A DNA stretch of 62,038 nucleotides, the filler included, from Choristocarpus tenellus KU-1152 (lineage: Eukaryota > Protista > Phaeophyceae): NCBI GenBank assembly GCA_964200185.2. It is 13 parts of 13 records of this genome, joined end to end, with 100 filler letters (N's around TTAATTAATTAA, not from the genome) between each part and the next. Parts side by side here need not be neighbours in the genome. Positions count along the whole stretch, not along the records: positions 56,644 to 62,038 come from CAXNAD020010926.1; 12 more parts are not named here. The stretch is one strand, 5' to 3'. Every line of letters begins with the position of its first letter. Positions within the stretch are counted from its first letter, which is position 1. The notes under the pieces are model-generated. The model did no database searches and had not been told where the DNA came from. It saw nothing but the letters and a program-made list of their open reading frames with translations. The translations under genes and the position numbers were made by a program. Of this stretch, positions 62,017 to 62,038 are shown piece by piece.

Positions 62017-62038
62017 AACCCCCCCCCTACCCTCCCAG

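Overview
Eukaryotic, intron-rich nuclear DNA, most consistent with a flagellated stramenopile such as a brown alga or relative (inference from GT-AG genes, a transition-zone RPGRIP1L homologue, short TTAGGG tracts and the gene set). The window is not contiguous. It is 13 contigs joined by 12 identical 100-nt linkers (N44-TTAATTAATTAA-N44), so adjacency across linkers means nothing. Recognisable host genes: complete SmE (3 exons); partial RPGRIP1L-like, ATRX-like SNF2 helicase and ATXR3/SDG2-like SET methyltransferase; a SNAP-25-like Qbc-SNARE with an EEA1-type C2H2 finger; a complete 2-exon ~969-aa LamG/cadherin-like membrane protein; a 7TM-like gene; several unknowns. Repeats are dense: about 14 copies of a ~260-bp GAG..CTC MITE (3-4 bp TSDs, one self-nested), two related MITE families, copia and LINE remnants, and a tandem gag-only LTR element. 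The most unusual locus is 7965-10251: a transposase-like (Sola-type, inferred) ORF and a ParB/Srx-domain ORF read divergently on either side of a ~1.1-kb array of palindrome-rich tandem repeats. This may be a eukaryotic DNA transposon carrying a ParB-like module. All family assignments come from motif recognition by eye, not from searches.
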